The notes: generated from the sequence alone by a model not told the origin. Numbered from the stretch's first letter, positions 1 through 13,394 are shown. The stretch is DNA of 64,000 nucleotides from Eledone cirrhosa (GCA_964016885.1 OZ024742.1:82212001-82276000); one strand, 5' to 3'. Numbers and translations: made by a program.

Positions 1-387
1 TACCTTCTTTGGGAAAACAAATTGCTATAAAAGATCAGATAGCCTAAAATATATTTTGAAACGATGAAATAAAACAAGAGATATATATATTCAGCAGAGC
101 AGGAGGTTACAAAGGACACAGAGAAAAGTCGTTTTTCGCTTTCTTTACATACTATTAATCTGGGTTATTATGTCTGAGGGACATTTAAAATTTGGTGTTG
201 TCCTCCAAAAAAATATTTCGTTTTTGGTTATCTGAGTTTGAAAATTATTCAATTCAAAGCTGTTTTAATAGTTCTACCAAAATTTACATTTTACCAGCCA
301 AATGTCTACTATTGATATATACAAAAGTTGGGAATGTGAAATATATATTGCTGTTATCGGTAAAAATTTGCACTTTACATATATACG

Positions 388-581
388 GAAAGAGTGAACA
401 CCCTACGGCTGAGATCCGGCCGTTTCGATAGCTAGATTCGATCAGTTCGGATCTAGCTGTCGAAACAGCCGGTGCCCAGCCGTCGGAGTTTGACTCTTTT
501 ACTATTATCCACTCTACTACACTAAGTATCGAGTAATCTGGTGCGCTATGGTCCATCCGGTATCTGACCACACCTTCTTTG

Positions 582-582
<1 letters not shown>
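388..582 (+). mobile_element. PLE 3'-terminal fragment (family A) with short inverted 5' arm
   Basis: Contains gtcGAAAcagccggtgcccagccgTCggag plus the same ~80-nt tail as 17313-17391. 388-443 is the inverted copy of 450-500. Ends at (TA)n. Confidence 0.75.
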
Positions 583-671
<89 letters not shown>

Positions 672-2657
672 GCGTATGTATGGGTGTGTGTGTGCGTGTG
701 TGTGTATATATGTATGTGTGTGTGGCCATAGTCGATAACAAGGGGGTAGCCATCAATTGTGTGTGCGTGTGTGTAATTTCCGTTTTCTGTTTTGTTTCTT
801 GACAAGGTAGTTTATATACAACCGTCATGGTTTCCCATTGTTGAATGAACGAATTTCGTATTGCTGCTCTCAATTTTATTTCTTGCCATGATGGAGCCTC
901 GGTTGGAATTTCGGAAAACAGAATGACAAGATGCTTCTTGAAAACATCGAATCTTCAGGGATATCTCATAAATGTGTCTGCTAAATGTTAACGCGATACG
1001 GGTTTAAATAAACTACTAGATTCCTATTCCAAATGGGTAGCCCAGGATAACTGGCATTATGGAGTGGCGAACTCTACCAATGTTGATGTAGTTCGCAATG
1101 TAACAACTTGTTTTTAATATTTCCATTACATTCCATGTACATCCCAGTTTATTTTAAACGTTTCTCGATCATATGGCAACGTTATATCGCTTCTAGATCG
1201 TAAGTTTATTTAAAAGGTGACATGGACCATCATAAAGCACCCCATCATTCTTATCTACATTGATTCCAGTTTCATGGCATGCGAATATAACGAGGGATCG
1301 TTGCTTATATCAATTAAGGCTTAACACATTTAATCTACTTTTGGTATGGAAAACCTTAGTAGTTATTGAAGAAGTAGTGTTAGCAGACTGATTTCTGTGA
1401 AAACTAGTCGGTATTAAATAATGTGCTGATTTATTAGGGATATTTGTATATTTCATTTACATCTTGTGGACGTAGAGAAAAATCAAGTTCATTTTTTGAT
1501 TTGCGTTGATACTTTTTACCGTCAGAATAATAAGTAGGAATCCCAGTCTGTTTAACTGAGATCATATCTGCAAAGGCAACTAGCAACAGCCTGGTTTCTC
1601 TATCTTTAAATGTTATGTTGCCAATATCCTAATTTATGAGTATGTAAATGAAGATAATCAGCCGAAGTATACTTTAGAAAATACTATATATTTTCAACAT
1701 TTCAAAGGAGTGGCAGAGGTGTAAACAGTCTTGACAAAGGGAAATAAGCCAGAAAAAAGTTTACTGCTAGGACCTCAATTTCATAAACTGCACAAATAGT
1801 CGAAGAATTTGAACATCGCAAGTTATTGAAGTGGTCTGACTTATCTGTTTTTCAATTCACAGACTGTTTTAGCTGTAGGGATTTAAATATCTTAAATATC
1901 TCTTTTCATTGAGATGTTATGTATATTCGTGACAAATTTTAATTATGTATAATTAATATAACTGCTCCTAATTAAAATTGAACTAACACGACCAGTTTGA
2001 CTGCTATTTCTAGTGGCATTTTAATCCTGTCTTCTTTTCCGTTCATACAAATGTATACTTGTTGATCTGTTCATACATGCATGCGTTAATATTATTATTT
2101 AATTTGATCGCACCATGCTGGATGGTAAAAGAATACAGTCTCTCTTAGCAGGTATCTCTCCTAAGACTAAACAGAAAACCCTCCCAAGACGAATCTGGTA
2201 CTGGTGACCATATTGAACTATTGATATGGTTTAATTGTTTTCTCCGTTACAGAATCTGTAGAAACAGTCAAAAAATTTGATGTAATGTCGCTTCTATACA
2301 AGTCTCTCTGCCATTGTTTCATTTGCGGAAGACTTCTTATTGGAACCATCAATAATTGAAATATCCGCAATATTCTCCAGGGCAATTTAATTCTTCAAAA
2401 GTTGACATAAATTGAACCACCAAAATCATACAATCTGTTTCATTTGTTGAGGAAACATGCTGAACCGAAACATGGGTTTTGTTACGTGACCAAACATCTC
2501 CTAACATATTAGGACTTAGTGATCCTTCTCATTCAGATGTTTAAGTATTACGGACTAATTAACATTTAATCAATATTAGACTGCTTCTTAAATTGCAGAG
2601 GTGTACCCGAAGATGGTTTAGCCGATTTTTCTAACGGTATTATAAGGCTGTCACAAA

Positions 2658-3388
2658 ATATGCTGTCTTCTGAAAATAGTTATATATTCTTACATTGCTT
2701 GATAAATTTTCATCCAGTTAATTCTTGATATATTTAAGTATATGTCAATCGTTTTTGTTTTTTTTATTATTTTATAATAAATGCCCTGATTTATTCCTCG
2801 AGTTGGAATTACAGGTGGTATGGCGCGTGTCTGAAAAAACATTTTTTAGACTAGAATTTCTTCTTATTAGTTATATGAATATGTTCCAAAATATATTTCA
2901 ATAGGGCTGATATAGTTGAATGATTTTGGCTGATATTTTAGCTATCAATATGTCTTTCACGTCACAGGGACAACGATTAGATGTAGTGATGTTAACTATG
3001 TGCGTCTATTCTTCTAATCCGGGTTGTAATTAGCGGTTGTGTGCTCATAGATCAATTACCCTTGCGCTGATGGTTCATTGATTGAATATTGAACTCAGCC
3101 TTTTAGTTGGTGAATATTAAGCAATAGCAGAATATGTCGGCAATGATATGAATAATTACTGAAATTTAGGTATTTACATTTTACATATGCTGTCTTTTAG
3201 AATCAGATATATATTCTTACACCGTTTTACAAATGTTCTCTTGTTAATACTTGATATATTAAAGTATATGTTAATCGTTTTAAATTTCATAATAAATGCT
3301 CGGACTTATTTCTAGAAATGGAATTACAGGTGATATGGCGCTTGTCTGAAAACAAATTTTTAGACTTGACATTCTTATTATTGTTAGT
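2658..3388. repeat. Degenerate ~210-bp direct repeat pair (2658-2873 and 3185-3388)
   Basis: Shared blocks atatgctgtctt, cttgatatatt.aagtatatgt.aatcgtttt and ggaattacaggtg.tatggcgc.tgtctgaaaa. Confidence 0.75.
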
Positions 3389-3509
3389 AATATATATATA
3401 TATATGCTCCGATAAAACCAGACTTCCCTACGGAAGAAACAATTGTCAGCAAATAAATGTTCTAAACTAAAATTTGATCGTTTTTAACACTTTGTATATA
3501 TATATATAA

Positions 3510-3593
<84 letters not shown>

Positions 3594-3640
3594 TAGGAAA
3601 GAAGAGTGATACGGTTTGCTATACAAAAAAGGTTTTTAAT

Positions 3641-3759
3641 CTCATTGCTGACAATTGTTTCTCTGAAATGGTAGGTCTAGAGATCGCTACCCGCTTATTT
3701 TCACGTTATTCGATCACCAATACAAAGTTATAACCAGTCGATTCATCGGAGCTTGTGAG
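3641..3759 (-). ncRNA. Type I hammerhead ribozyme, family B (C4 variant), inverted copy
   Basis: Minus strand reads gct-CCGATGA-long stem II-GAAA-caattg-TC-agc. Confidence 0.6.
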
Positions 3760-4346
3760 AATCAAAATAATATACAGACATGGCTACTATATATAGTAGT
3801 AATGGCATTCAATCAGAACAATAACAACGATACTAACAATGCTAGCAATAAATTATTTGAATTATATGTATGTATATATGTGTATGTATATATATATAAA
3901 TATATATGTTTGTGTGTATGTATGTATATATATATATACTGCCTCCTTAACCTCTGTATTAACTTGCCATTATATTGCTACTCTGTTAATGTTGTCTTAT
4001 ACATGTATGTTATTGATGATGAGAAAGCTTGACAAACCTTTCATCTAATATAGACCACACAAATCTCACTACAGTGATAAATTCTTCATCTGTCAGATAA
4101 TAAACAATTATTACGGCCACCAGACCTACATTGTTTAAAGACACCGGCTTATCTTTACACTAGATATAATACAACCCATGACAGCTTTTACATGCGAATT
4201 TTATACATCTGCCTCATGTCAGCTAGTTTTACACGCTAAAATCGTAGATATACTATACTTCCCACCTAGATTGATGTTGTGATTATTTCAAATAATTTAT
4301 TGCTAGCATTGTTAGTATTGTTGTTACTGTTCTGATTGAATGCCAT

Positions 4347-4527
4347 AATTGGCAGTATCGGTAGAGGGTCGGACGCCATGCTTTGACGCATAGAGTTACG
4401 GCCCTTGCCATTCTGAGTTCAAATCCCACCGAGGTTAACTTTGCCTTTCATCCTTACGGGGTCGATAAAATAAAGTACCAGTAATACACTGGACAATGCT
4501 GGCCTTGTGCCAAAAGTAGAAACAATT
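4347..4527 (+). mobile_element. tRNA-derived SINE (octopus OK/OR-like)
   Basis: A-box-like tggcagtatcggtaga, B-box gagttcaaatcc and body tttgcctttcatcc..ggggtcgataaaataaagtaccagt. It interrupts the right arm of family B. The 3' part recurs at 39853-39927. Confidence 0.75.
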
Positions 4528-4568
4528 ACTACTATATATAGTAGCCATGCCTGTATATTCTTTTCATT

Positions 4569-4684
4569 CTCACAAGCTCCGATGATTTGACTGGTTATAA
4601 CTTTGTATTGGTGAGTAACGTGAAATTAAGCGGGTAGCGATCTCCTAGCCCTACCAGTTCAGAGAAACAATTGTCAGCAATGAG
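4569..4684 (+). ncRNA. Type I hammerhead ribozyme, family B (C4 variant)
   Basis: ctca..gct-CCGATGA-tttgactggt...accagttcaga-GAAA-caattg-TC-agc..tgag. Stem III is the palindrome ACAATTGT. Confidence 0.65.
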
Positions 4685-5052
4685 ATTAAAAACCTTTTTT
4701 GTATAGCAAATCGTGTCACTCTTCTTTCCTGATTTCTCATTACTCCAAGTTTTTACACCATAGGAATTACAGCGTACTCGCAGCATCATTATGGAAACGC
4801 CTTGTTGAGTCAATCTTAACCAAGCGTTGATATCATCCACTACCCGGAGTACCATAACTGGACTACACTTAAGTGGACTACCTATAACAATAATTTGTTA
4901 CCCGTATATATATATATATATATATATTATTTCTTCATAGTTGCCTTTTAATCTTATGGCCTTGTTTAATTCGTCTTTTGTATGGTTGATTATGCTGATT
5001 GGGAGGGGGAATAATGTATATATTTTATCAAATGATTCTATGGACATACTTT

Positions 5053-5128
<76 letters not shown>

Positions 5129-5671
5129 TCTTACTATAATTTAAACATCTCCCTATTTATTAGTTATTATATGTACATATATGTTTTTACTTACTTCAAT
5201 CAAGATTTTAACTTGTAATTATTTTTATTTTTGATTTTTAATGTTTAGCTTTAATTTCTAATTCTCAATCATAATTTCCACAGTGAAACCATAATACCTA
5301 GAAATAAGTATATATTCTCTTAGCGGGGGGTGGTCAATTCTACTGTCCATACTTAATTTAGGGGTAGTATTGAGACCTATTGAAACTCATACTCTCCCAC
5401 TCCACTAGCTTTCGGCCGACTGCCACAGCAAGGGTGGCTAGCAGTAAACTATAACCGTGTCATATTACAGACCTGGTTAGGAGGGGGAACTCCCTAGGCG
5501 TGTTTCGTAGAACTTTGGGGTAGTTGATAGTCAACTTCCTTCGGACTTGCGCCTGCGCGGACCGGTGGGGTGAATTGTGACTCACAAGGGAACGGGCGAA
5601 GAATTCAAGAGCACACACTGTGTCCGATCCTTGGTCGATTCAATTTCGGAAAAAACCTTATTATGTAAGGA

Positions 5672-5746
5672 GCTGGCTGATGATGCCACAGCACTGGGCG
5701 CACCGAACCGTATGGTCACTGTCGTCATCGAAATATGTATCACAGC
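5672..5746 (+). ncRNA. Type I hammerhead ribozyme, family F
   Basis: gctg(g)-CTGATGA-tgccacag...ctgtcgtcatc-GAAA-tatgta-TC-(a)cagc, ~55 nt before a (TA)n tract. Confidence 0.6.
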
Positions 5747-5810
5747 ATTATCATTAAACGACTTTAACATCTGAAACTACTTAGCATTTTCTTATTCGGT
5801 ATATATATAA

Positions 5811-5870
<60 letters not shown>

Positions 5871-6000
5871 GTGAGGTTTATTTTACAAAATGAAAAATAA
5901 CCGAGGTATCCTACACGAGTGAAGGTATAAAGAAAAAGAGATGAAATCGAAAATGCAACTGGTGTCTTATTTTTTTTTAAATATATATATTTATTTGGTT

Positions 6001-6038
6001 CCTTTACCGGTTTCGCAGTTCTTCTGCTTTTCAAAAGG
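6001..6038 (-). ncRNA. Minimal type I hammerhead, family G (U3-A8 variant)
   Basis: cctt-TTGAAAA-gcag-aagaa-ctgc-GAAA-ccgg-TA-aagg on the minus strand. Confidence 0.75.
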
Positions 6039-7067
6039 TGAGTTGAGATGGAGGGTCTGTGGGTTTTCTCACATCTGGTTGGTCTCAGAATATTACTTGT
6101 TTTATATGGAAAAAGTGGCTCGAAATGCCAGGTTTTTCGAGAAGTAATTTGATTGGCTTGTCAATAATTATAATAAATTTCGTGCCAGTTCGCGTTACAA
6201 TTGTTCTTCAAATAAGAGGGGGGGGGGTGTCACAGGTTGTTTTTTTCATATATGAGTGTTTGAATTTCTTTTTACTTGAAAAAAGGGGCTCACGAAGGCT
6301 TTTTTTTCGTTGGTTATAAATGAAATTATGGCTGTCACGTGAACAAGTTTTCATTAAATTTCCGTGCCCTTATTTGGAAATCCATTCTGTAGCCTTTATA
6401 GAGAATGTTATGACAATGGAAAGATAGTGGTCAAGAGAAATGGGATTGGGAGAATTGTTCTGGTTCAGTGAATATGGTTGGTTCGCTGGGGTGTCAGAGT
6501 TCAGATTTTCTATTGAAGTAAAGATATGTATGTTTATTTGTGTGCTTGTGTGTGTGTGTGTGGGTGTGTGTGTGTGTGTGCGTGTGTGTGTGTGTATATG
6601 TGTGTGTATTGGAAGATGATTCTATTAGTAGAAATGGGTGAGGGAGATGTGTGTGTCTGTATATGGGTGTTATGTGTGTGTGTGCGAGTATGTTAAGATG
6701 GAGAGAATATATATTTTGTGTGTGTGTAGGAAAGTGGTTCTATTAGTAGAAATGGGGGAGGGGAGTTGTGGGTGTGGGTGTTGGTATGTGTGTGTATGGG
6801 TGTTATGTGTGTGGGAGTATGGTTAGCATGTTAAGATGAAGAGAATATATATATATATCGTGTGTGTGTGTGTGTGTGTAGGAAAATGATTCCTTTCGTA
6901 GGAATATTTTTGAGTGAACATATTTTCCTTACTTATTCGTATTTGTTCTGTTGTATTGTCAGTGCAAACGTATGTTAAGGTTTATTTAGTTCGGGTTTTT
7001 ATTTTCTAAAGTAGAAGGTGTTATGTGTGTGTGTGTATATCATATTATGGTGTTGACATAATGTATA

Positions 7068-7400
7068 TTAAACCATATTTAATGTTGGTGTATATTTTTG
7101 AATAAACATATTTTCCTTATTTATTCGTATTTGTTCTGTTGTATTGTTAGCGCAGAGGTAAAATGGGAAGTCTTGGAATTTGGGTGTCTTATTACTTGCG
7201 CAAATGTCTAGTGGTATCTGTCTCGTGGTTGGATCTCGTAATTGTTGGCGATGAACTGTCATTCTGTTTCTGAGTGTGAGTTTAGTTTGTCCTATATAAT
7301 CTTCATTGCATCCTTTACATTTAATGGCATAAATTAAATTGAAGAGCAAGTGAAGTGATTTTTTACAGTAAAATTTTGTCCTGATTTAAATGTATACGTG
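7068..7400 (-). pseudogene. PLE GIY-YIG endonuclease fragment
   Basis: LIY-x-I-x-C-x2-C-x3-YIGQT motif, conserved R and H, and C-terminal E..FI..P.LN. Confidence 0.85.
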
Positions 7401-7424
7401 TTGCCTTCAATATATATATATATA

Positions 7425-7490
7425 TAGGAACGAGTAGGACCCCGACGGCTGAGCTCAAGCCGTTTCGACGGCTAATTCTGGACTAATTCG
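7425..7490 (-). mobile_element. Family A inverted-arm fragment (half hammerhead)
   Basis: ggaacgagtaggaccccgacggctgagctcaagccgtttcgacggctaattctggacta, closely matching 13383-13441, between TA tracts. Confidence 0.8.
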
Positions 7491-7523
<33 letters not shown>

Positions 7524-7653
7524 TGTGTATAATGGTAGCTATGGTGCTTCCTTAGGCGGTATGCCAAAATTAGCACTCAATATTCTTACAGAGCAGATTG
7601 TGAATAGTATAAGATACGAAAAATCAGTGATGCATCTGGACTTAGTTTATTGC

Positions 7654-7742
7654 GTGTTACAATTGTTTCACCGGCAGGTAGCTCGAGACATGATCACAGT
7701 ATGGATCTGGTTGATTCTACCGCTGCAGGTTCCTTCGGACAC
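7654..7742 (-). ncRNA. Hammerhead, family H (C4 variant, 1-nt insertion in core)
   Basis: gtgt-CCGAAG(G)A-acctgcag...ctgccggt-GAAA-caattg-TA-acac. Homologous to 42492-42579. Confidence 0.55.
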
Positions 7743-8714
7743 ACGCAATTTTTTCGGACCAAATTTTCTCACTGGGGTATTATCGTAAAAAAACACCTTC
7801 AAAAAACATCTTCCACTCTTGTCAAGCCATTGGCTGTTGTTTTTCTACGTCATCATAAAATCTGGTCACTATTTACTGCCACACTGGTCATCAGCCATTT
7901 TTCGTCCGACACACTTCGACGGAGCCATGCTGGGTTTGGAATTTCACACGTCTGTTCACACTCCCGAGTATGTACCCACATATACACCGATACACATACA
8001 CACGCGCAGGCACACACACATGCATACGCATATGTACGCACGCATGTGTAGACATATATACCCCTATCTGCATATATATATACACACACACTCTCCTCCC
8101 CTTACACATACCCAAGGACATCCACACCCACATACAGACCACCACATGCCTATTGGCGCCTGCCTAAACAGCCCCTTACATCCGGTCTCACACGTACACA
8201 TACGCGCACACACGCGCAGACACACACGTACACGCATACAAAGACACATACATATATATATACATGCATATACACACATACACATACATACTTATACACA
8301 CATATGTCTATACGTGTACATACACACACACACATACACATATACACACACATACGCACGCACATATACCTACGCATATCCTTATATACATGTATATATA
8401 TATATATATATGCATACACATACATACAATATATAGACACATACACATACATACATACACACACACATACACACATATATATATAACTCTACATGCATAC
8501 ACATACCCACATATATATAAATATGCATATACATATATACATATACATATATATATGCATACACACACTGACACCCACATGCACACACATGCACATATGC
8601 ATATGTACTTACACACACATGCTTACACATAGACACATATAAACAAAACCGTAAAATAAATATACAATATACAATAAATATACAATATACAATAAAATAA
8701 CAATATAGTAAACA

Positions 8715-8831
<117 letters not shown>

Positions 8832-8851
8832 ATAGATATATGATAAAATAA

Positions 8852-9764
8852 TCTATATATATAAAACTGTGGTTGTCTGTCTGTCTATCGATTTTTGGCA
8901 CATATCTCCTCTTAGAATCTCTCACGGAATTGCACCGAAATTGCTATACTTGTACAGTGAGCCCTAGGGAAGACATCGGAAAACAAATATTTCAAATTGA
9001 CCCACCCTATGTGACGAAATCGAATATAATGTATCGATTTTTGAGCGTAAGTTATCAGTTATTTCCCTTTGTTCTGTTTACATTGAGCGTCTTACGTAAA
9101 AAATTACGCTGGCTTTCTCAGCGTCGAGCCAGCAAAATATTGACCTGCAAAATTCATCAGTTCGAACACTAAGCTGCCGTTTTGCTTCATTTCCATTTAA
9201 AAGCATTTTAAAACAATGTTTTTACTTGAAAACAAGTCTATTTAAAGACTACGTAAAACAAGCAAATATTTCGTCGTTAGGCGTGCAGACAGACAGTCGT
9301 GCAGACAGACAGTCGTGCAGAGAGGTGATATACGCGTGCAGACAGACAGTCGTGCAGAGAGGTGATATAGGCGTGCAGACAGACAGTCGTGCAGAGAGGT
9401 GATATAGGCGTGCAGACAGACAGTCGTGCAGAGAGGTGATATAGGCGTGCAGACAGACATAACTGATAATTTGGTTACGCTAATGTTTTTCTCTGCGTTG
9501 CAGTGTTTACATTTTCGATCTTTGTTAATAAATAACCAGTGCTGTTTTTATCCCCAGCATCCTCTTTTGTTATAACATTCGGGTTATCGTTATGTTTTCT
9601 TAACTTCATAAGGCATATTGTTGGTTGAGGGAATATTAATCAAAAACACCACATGCAAGTCTGTACAGTAGACACTACAGTTTTTAAGCCAAAAAAGAAA
9701 CTTAACATTGTAACTTTAACACAGCTACTGAGCGACCCCGAGCAACGCCGGGCTTTACTACTAG
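8852..9764 (+). mobile_element. Non-autonomous Helitron
   Basis: 5' TCTATATATATAAAA followed by a short (GTCT)n tract, 3' hairpin cccg-agcaacgc-cggg then CTAG, inserted between A and T with no TSD. Confidence 0.8.
9279..9458. repeat. ~37-bp minisatellite inside the Helitron
   Basis: Unit aggcgtgcagacagacagtcgtgcagagaggtgatat repeated about 4-5 times. Confidence 0.9.
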
Positions 9765-10639
9765 TACATAATAAAAGGGATATATAATCCATCCGTACAC
9801 CTTCCCGTGAGATGTACACATATATATATATATAAATATATATATAGACCCACATATACATATATATATACACACACATACATATATACGCATCCACATA
9901 CACACACATACTCTTACACAGCTATATATATATACACATATATACACCCCCCCACACCTGTAGATGAATGCACACACACACATATATAAACTCACGCATA
10001 TACGTACACACATACACCCTCACACACGCACGTATATATATATATATATATCTACATACACACACACATATACAGACGCACAGGTCTACACATAAACACA
10101 CATATAAAAACAATAAGATAATAAAAGAAAATAAATTTACAATATGCTAAAATACATTAAAATATGTATATAACTTCACAAAGAGATAAATAAAAAGGGG
10201 GGAGGTAGAGGCGAAAATGTGTGTATTCATGTGATATACTACACACAGGTAGTATGATGTGCAAACAACAATAACAATAATAACAATAATAGCGATAATA
10301 ATAATTGTTCCAAAGTGGAACATGTGGAGAGTATATATTCACGATTGACGCGGTACACATTCATGGGGACGCTTGGCCCGGTCACCTTGGGGTATGTCAA
10401 TATGGTTGAGGTTTGCTGTTCTATATGTTTGGGGTATTTGAGTGAACGACCGTGGACCCCGTGTCAGTCGATCCCGGCATACACTATGTAGCTGCCGAAC
10501 GTTGCATGCACGTCTGGTGTGCACCCAAGTTTACTTAGGTTTGGCACACGGGGCGTATAATGTCAGGTGCCTTAATCCGGTTGGGCCGCTCGTGATGTGC
10601 CCTTGGCCTCTGCTACCCGGAGGCTTCCATGCTGCAAAT

Positions 10640-12560
10640 GTGCATTTTCTCTCGTGTCTGCAGGTCATGACAATTTCAGACTTCAGGTTGACCGCGTCAT
10701 CTTTCAGTCTGACTAGCTCCATGGCCGCGTGTAGGTAAATTGGCACTTTCTATTTCCAACCGAGTATGCTCTCGCATGCCGAACGATATTCCATTCCAGG
10801 GCGTACGAAGTGCCTTGGTCTTTCAGGTTCCACACTAGGTCCGCTAACCTAGTGGAGTGCCTTTTGCTACAATCCCTGAAGGAATTCGTGTGATTATACA
10901 TCCGCGATTTAAAGGTCGTGGATGTTGCGCTGATGTAGGTGCGATGCGCATTTTGGGTTCGAAACACACTTGTATATCAGGTCCTTCGTCAGGCATTTTC
11001 CTTGTAGGGGGCACTGTGTGCGCGCTCTGCAGTTACAAGTTATGCCGCCTCGGGAGCCGGGTTGTCATTTGAGGGTGGTCCTCCTCGCTCCGATAGACGA
11101 TCATTCTGTCGCCGCTGTTGACGGCTAATGCTCGCCATCTTCACCGCGTTAGTTTTAGCCATGTAGCCAGCCATGTTAGGTGCTGTGGAGAAGGAAAACT
11201 TCACCGTGTGTCGGTTGAAGATTTTGTGGTACTTGATCGTCGGCGGAAAGCACTCATCCAACGCTCGGAAAAAAGTCTTGGCACGTTGGTGCGTACATGT
11301 TTGGAGTAAGGCGCATTAAAACAAGTAACGGCCATAGATCTGTTCCTTCGCGTACGTGGAGTCGTGCTGGTGTGTCCTGGATCCGATGTCCGTCCCGTGT
11401 CCTGCCCAGCCACAATTACATCTCCAGTTTTGTGTCTATCTATGTGCCCGCTGTGGGCATCAGGTTTATGCCCTTCAGTTATTAAGGTATTTCGTTCTAT
11501 GTTGTCGGCTATACATCTAGTCCCCTTAGGTCTATATGATGCTGCTGCCTGTGCTGTGCCACTACAACCAAGCAGGGTGTGTTCTCTGGCGGGTGCCACC
11601 GCCATACGTGTCGTTGTCTTGTCCCTTGTCCCAGTTGCCGCGAAGTATGCAGTGTGCGTGCCAGGCCCATCTCTCCGCGTACTGGGTGGTCTAGCTCCTA
11701 TGGGTGCCTTTGTCCTTCCTGCGGTCGGTCCTCTGTCATTAATGTTAGCTGTGTTGCTATTTGTGTTCCTAGAGACTGCTACCGGGTCATTTGTTCTACC
11801 TATGGAAGCGCCCCGGCTATTGCCGTTTCTGCACGCCTCATCGCTTGGCTCTTCCCTGTCCGGTATATACAGTATGTTGTCTGTGTAGCCGGCCCTGCGC
11901 AGTGCCTCATTGTAATATTCGGCGTGCTGTTTAAACACGTCTGCGTTCGCCGATAGTGTGGATACGCGTTTGGACACGCCTTTAACTATAGCTTCTATGA
12001 CTGCCTTAGGTTGATTCGATTGCCTGTTCACATATTTCAGGTTCTCCTTGGGCTGGTGAAACGGTCGGTGGATGCCCGTATTCATTTCCAAGGTAACGTC
12101 CAGGAAATTTACCGTCTATTGTCACGGATAAGCCGTGTTGTTTAAACAAATGCGATAGGCGCTACCTCATACGCTCCATCAGGCTGGGGTTTAGGAAACG
12201 GAAGGTGAAAAGTGCGTCGTCTATGTATATTCCACCGCCGATCCCCGGGATATCCTCCGTTAACCTATAGATGAGATATATCCCCACAAGGTCGGTCACC
12301 TGCGCCGAGTCGCTCGAACCCATGGTGATATCGAAACTGTCGGATCTTTCCCTCCTCTCCCATAACTTGTCTTCGAATCTAATTAGCGTCATTCTGGCTG
12401 CTACTATGAGGTTGGTCTCCACTCTAGTGAGGTTAGATCTGGCCATGGTGCTGATGAGCGCCTTATTGACTAGCATCGCAGATACTGACGCGTAATAATT
12501 ATCTATGTCTAAAATTTACTTGTTGCTTGTCACCTACTAACGAGAACCAGTCAATTACCT
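10640..12560 (-). pseudogene. Degenerate PLE RT plus GIY-YIG ORF
   Basis: DIDNYYASV, MGSSDSAQVTDLVG, IYIDD, VNFLDVTL, FNAPYS, TYISAT..FKSRMYNH, CRH. Paralogous to 14488-16071, with frameshifts and stops. Confidence 0.9.
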
Positions 12561-12624
12561 CCTTAGTGGCGGGACATAGACTGCGCGTGTGTGCGTGTGA
12601 GACCGGATGTAAGGGTATATGTCA

Positions 12625-12946
12625 TCTCAACAAGATGGCGTAGGACAGAACAAAGGAGAGGTACAAAAACAAAGAAAATAATCCCCACTCACTCAAGAGG
12701 TCACAGAATGTGTGACGAAAGAACTTTGACAATATATGAACAATCGTCTGGTTGTGGAACCAAACAACCAACCGGAAATTTATAAATTCTTAAATTTTTG
12801 AATTTAATTTATAATAAATTGGAGTGAAAGCAACTGGTGATCGTGTTTCTTATAGGCAACACGAACCTCCCAAAGCATAACAATATCGGTTTCAACACAC
12901 GTTTTCAGATAAATAACCTTGCTAAACAAATTCTGAAACGAAATAT
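12625..12946 (+). mobile_element. PLE pseudo-LTR, family C (decayed HHR at 12688-12730)
   Basis: Homologous to 26795-27420 and 41370-41797. Reads ctca-CTCAAGA-ggtcaca..tgtgac-GAAA-gaac-TT-tgac and ends ctgaaacgaaata|(TA)n. Confidence 0.8.
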
Positions 12947-12947
12947 G

Positions 12948-13028
<81 letters not shown>

Positions 13029-13032
<4 letters not shown>

Positions 13033-13147
13033 CTGAGCTACGGTCGTTTCGACAGCTACATCTAGACTTATTACCCTTTCTACTACCCTAAGTATCGAGT
13101 ACTCTGGTGCGTTATGGTCCACCTGGTTTCCTACCGCGCCTTCTTTG

Positions 13148-13149
<2 letters not shown>
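13029..13149 (+). mobile_element. Family A tail with tiny inverted arm
   Basis: tattaccc..ctaagtatcgagtactctggtgcgttatggtccacctgg between (TA)n tracts. Confidence 0.75.
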
Positions 13150-13195
<46 letters not shown>

Positions 13196-13394
13196 CTTGG
13201 GTCCAATCGGGGGTAACCACAGCAAGATAATGAGGTTCACAATACATAGTAGTGTATACATATTTAATATAGAGATGGGTTCTACAGGACTAGAACTGTT
13301 TCATTCGTATAGAAATCATCAATATATACATGCACAAACACAAACACGCACACACACGCACATATATATATATATATATATAGGAACCAGTAAG

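Larger units (their letters stand above)
3596..4903 (+). mobile_element. Non-coding PLE-type insertion (family B) with inverted arms
   Basis: 3596-3857 is the reverse complement of 4291-4729, which is interrupted by a SINE. Both ends abut (TA)n, each arm carries a hammerhead, and a ~175-nt tail follows the right arm. Confidence 0.75.
5865..7410 (-). mobile_element. 5'-truncated Penelope-like element (GIY-YIG end plus 3' UTR, family G)
   Basis: ORF 7068-7349 reads LIYAIKCKGCNEDYIGQT..RMTVHRQQ (GIY-YIG). Hammerhead at 6001-6038. Flanked by (TA)n. Confidence 0.8.

Noticed and set aside
5565-5610. HDV-like ribozyme ending ggcgaagaattca
   Set aside because: A P2-like pairing exists, but the L3 loop is too short and P1/P1.1 could not be built.
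9279-9458. Repeat array as a possible CRISPR
   Set aside because: Head-to-tail units without unique spacers, in a eukaryotic context with no cas genes.
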